Below, piece after piece: positions 61,409 through 64,000 of a stretch of DNA of 64,000 nt. The notes beneath the pieces were generated by a model, which worked only from the letters and a program-made list of their open reading frames with translations, was not told the origin of the DNA and made no database searches. The stretch is taken from the NCBI GenBank assembly GCA_004764695.1, contig SMSO01000014.1, forward strand, positions 3,405,648-3,469,647, given 5' to 3'. Positions within the stretch are counted from its first letter, which is position 1; each line of letters opens with the position of its first letter. This stretch comes from Schizochytrium sp. TIO01. Lineage: Eukaryota; Protista; Bigyra: Labyrinthulomycetes. The translations under genes were made by a program, and so were the position numbers.

Positions 61409-63637
61409 ATGAGCAGTCGCACACATGCTGATGGTGGTGCACAGCGCAGTGGGGCTATCAGGCCATTTCGCTCACCAACGAGAATGGATGAAAACCAAGC
61501 AAATTTAGTGCTGCAAGGTCTCCAATCTGCTATTCAGGAAATCCACAAACAAAATGCAAGCCTGTTGAGCTTTGAAGAGCTTTACCGCAACGCATACAAC
61601 CTGGTACTCCACCGCCATGGAGAAAAGCTTTACAAAGGCATCGAGTCTGAGGTTACTGCTTATCTTCGCACGCTCGGTGAGTCTGTGGCTCGATCGACCG
61701 ACGATTTGCTGCTAGTTGAACTTGTACAGCAATGGAGGACGCACATTACCACAATGACCATGATCCGCGACATTCTTATGTACATGGATCGCACCTTCGT
61801 ACTCCAGGAACGGAAGGAGCCTGTCTATGAGCTTGGTCTCCGTATCTTTAAGGAGGAGGTTGCCTGGCACAAGAATGTCCGTAAGCGGGTGCAGCGTATG
61901 CTCTTGACCAGCATCGAAGCCGAGCGGCGGGGCGAACTCATTGAACGGGATGTGATTCGAAATGTACTTCAAATGCTTGTAGAGCTTGGGATTAACAGTC
62001 TTAAAGTCTACGAGGAGGACTTCGAGCAGGCGTTCTTAGAAGAAACGGAAAAATTCTATCAGAGCGAAGCGAACGAGTTCATCCAGATCAATACCTGCCC
62101 GGACTATGTGGAGAAAGCCAGAAACCGACTGGAAGAAGAGCGCGCTCGTGCAAAGGACTATCTTCAACCAAGCACCGAGGATAAACTCATCAAATTAGTT
62201 GCCGAAGAGATGGTCGCCAAACATGCAAGTAACTTGGTATCTATGCCAAAAAGTGGCTGTCGTGTGATGCTTGAACGCGATAACCTGGAAAACCTGCACA
62301 ACATGTATCGTTTATTCGAATTCAAGGACTGCCGTCAACATATCAGGCGTTGCCTTTTTGATTTTACGAAAGAGTCTGGCGAGCGTCTTGTTGATGACCA
62401 GGACTCGGATATGAAACCAGTAGAATTTGTTCGCGAGCTCCTTGACCTCCAAGGCAAGTATGATCGCATCGTCCGCGACGCTTTTGAGGACGACAAAGAC
62501 TTCCAGAAGGCCATCAAAGAGGCCTTTGAGTTTTTTGTCAATAAAAATCAACGCTGCGCAGAATACCTGTCCATGTATCTGGATGACCTCATGCGCAACA
62601 AGCATACCGTAACCGAAACTGAAATTAGTCAAAAAGTGGATCGTGTAGTAGTTGTCTTTCGTTATCTGCAGGACAAGGATATCTTCGAAAACTTTTACAA
62701 AGATCAGCTGGCCAAGCGTCTACTATCTCACAAATCTGTGTCCGAGGACGCGGAGACCAGCATTATTCGCAAATTCAAAAGTGAGTGTGGTCAGATTTTC
62801 ACATCCAAACTCGAGGGTATGTTCAAGGATATGAAACTTTCAAAGGAAACAATGGAGAAGTACCGTGCAGCCTGTCCCCGGCCTCGCGACTCAACTGACC
62901 CAGAGCTCAATGTCACGGTGCTTACCACTGGCTACTGGCCCTCTGAGCAAATATCGCCGTGTCATTTGCCCCCCGAGTTGGAAGGTGTTTGTAGCCAGTT
63001 TAAGAATTTCTACCTCAATCTCCACAGTGGACGCAAACTTTCGTGGCAAACCAATCAGGGTACGGCAGATCTAAAGGCAAATTTTGGCCCTGGTCGCGCA
63101 ACACACGAATTCAATGTCACCACCTACCAGATGTGTATTCTCATGTTGTTTAACTCTAGAGATACCTTCTCAGTGAATGAAATTGAGCGAGCAACGGGTA
63201 TTCCTATCAATAAGCTCCGCCGTCACCTGCTTTCTCTAGCAACCCCGCGCTTCCGCATTTTGCATAAAGAACCCCAGAAGTCTGGAATCTTTGATGGTGA
63301 CACTACCTTTACGCTCAACACTGACTTCAGCGCTAAGCTGCTTCGTATCAAGGTCCATCTTATTACTGAGCGACGAAATGTTGGTGCTGTGAAGCGTGGT
63401 ATTCCTGAGCAGGTTGATGAGGATCGTAAACACCTCATCGAGGCTGCGATTGTCCGTATCATGAAGTCACGCAAGCGGCTAGAACACAGCGTCCTTGTCA
63501 ATGAAATTGTTCATCAGCTATCGGAGCGCTTTGTTCCAACTTCACAGGATGTCAAGCGCCGCATTGAGTCTCTGCTTGAGCGCGAGTACCTTGATCGTGA
63601 CCCTGACGACCACCGCTGCTACCGCTACCAGGCATAG
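61409..63637 (+). CDS. CUL3: Cullin-3 (scaffold of CRL3/BTB E3 ubiquitin ligases), 742 aa
   Basis: CUL3-type N-terminus IRPF...AIQEI....S.LSFEELYRNAYNLVLH.HGEKLY. Cullin motifs RDILMYMDR, FRYLQDKDIFE..YK..LAKRLL, FTSKLEGMFKDM, VLTTGYWP and HSGRKLSWQ. Neddylation site IEAAIVRIMKSRK (Lys codon 63464-63466). The start is moved from the track's TTG (61367) to the first ATG at 61409. Confidence 0.96.
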   Translation: MSSRTHADGGAQRSGAIRPFRSPTRMDENQANLVLQGLQSAIQEIHKQNASLLSFEELYRNAYNLVLHRHGEKLYKGIESEVTAYLRTLGESVARSTDDLLLVELVQQWRTHITTMTMIRDILMYMDRTFVLQERKEPVYELGLRIFKEEVAWHKNVRKRVQRMLLTSIEAERRGELIERDVIRNVLQMLVELGINSLKVYEEDFEQAFLEETEKFYQSEANEFIQINTCPDYVEKARNRLEEERARAKDYLQPSTEDKLIKLVAEEMVAKHASNLVSMPKSGCRVMLERDNLENLHNMYRLFEFKDCRQHIRRCLFDFTKESGERLVDDQDSDMKPVEFVRELLDLQGKYDRIVRDAFEDDKDFQKAIKEAFEFFVNKNQRCAEYLSMYLDDLMRNKHTVTETEISQKVDRVVVVFRYLQDKDIFENFYKDQLAKRLLSHKSVSEDAETSIIRKFKSECGQIFTSKLEGMFKDMKLSKETMEKYRAACPRPRDSTDPELNVTVLTTGYWPSEQISPCHLPPELEGVCSQFKNFYLNLHSGRKLSWQTNQGTADLKANFGPGRATHEFNVTTYQMCILMLFNSRDTFSVNEIERATGIPINKLRRHLLSLATPRFRILHKEPQKSGIFDGDTTFTLNTDFSAKLLRIKVHLITERRNVGAVKRGIPEQVDEDRKHLIEAAIVRIMKSRKRLEHSVLVNEIVHQLSERFVPTSQDVKRRIESLLEREYLDRDPDDHRCYRYQA

Positions 63638-64000
63638 TTAAATTCATCAGCAATTCTTCATCTTCCTTCTCTACTTCTTGTATTCCTTTTAAATGTCTTC
63701 ATTTAATTCAAAATGCATTGCTCTTTGAGCATCAATGCTGCTAGCTATCCTGACCAACTTCCCCTACATTTAACGAAACTTTAATTACACAACATGCTTA
63801 CAGGCAAGACGGCCAAGGAAGTGTAGGCTTCAGTCAGAAGACTCAAGTTTTTTTGTTTGTTTTTGTTTTTAAAGCAAGGATTAACTACTGTAACAAGAAA
63901 GTGAAACTTTTCAAAGGGTACATTTTGTTTGATGCTTGTTTAATATTCTTCTTTGGAGTTGGACGTGGAGGAGGTATGAGGACTATGTCCTCCCCAGCAG

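Noticed and set aside
49952-63501. Antisense and alternative-frame ORFs overlapping the three genes
   Set aside because: Shadow ORFs of real coding sequence, with no independent protein features.
49558-63637. CEP295-like, GDP-sugar transporter and CUL3 as a functional gene cluster
   Set aside because: They share no evident pathway, each appears to have its own upstream region, and co-orientation of three genes is unremarkable.

Overview
Eukaryotic nuclear DNA. The intron-poor genes and dense tetranucleotide microsatellites suggest a thraustochytrid/labyrinthulomycete-like stramenopile, but this is inference only. In the first ~49.5 kb I could not recognise any protein-coding gene. About 0-30 kb is rich in microsatellites and GC/CpG-rich promoter-like islands, and about 30-49 kb is more AT-rich with almost no long microsatellites. 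The last ~14.5 kb holds three + strand genes. (1) A ~1700-aa CEP295/Ana1-like centriolar protein with a DDC8-like N-terminus and C-terminal ALMS motif; its probable start lies in an extra upstream exon that the ORF track misses. (2) A VRG4/GONST-family GDP-sugar transporter with an N-terminal polyQ. (3) Cullin-3, preceded by 1,081 nt with no ATG. I saw no rRNA, tRNA, CRISPR or intact mobile element. The best leads are the CEP295-like gene with its repeated motifs, the ATG-free CUL3 leader, a candidate spliced and structured small transcript at 14.9-15.8 kb, and the two-part gene desert. I could not establish a new multi-gene system. An apparent field of decayed TPR genes failed my own controls and is listed as rejected.
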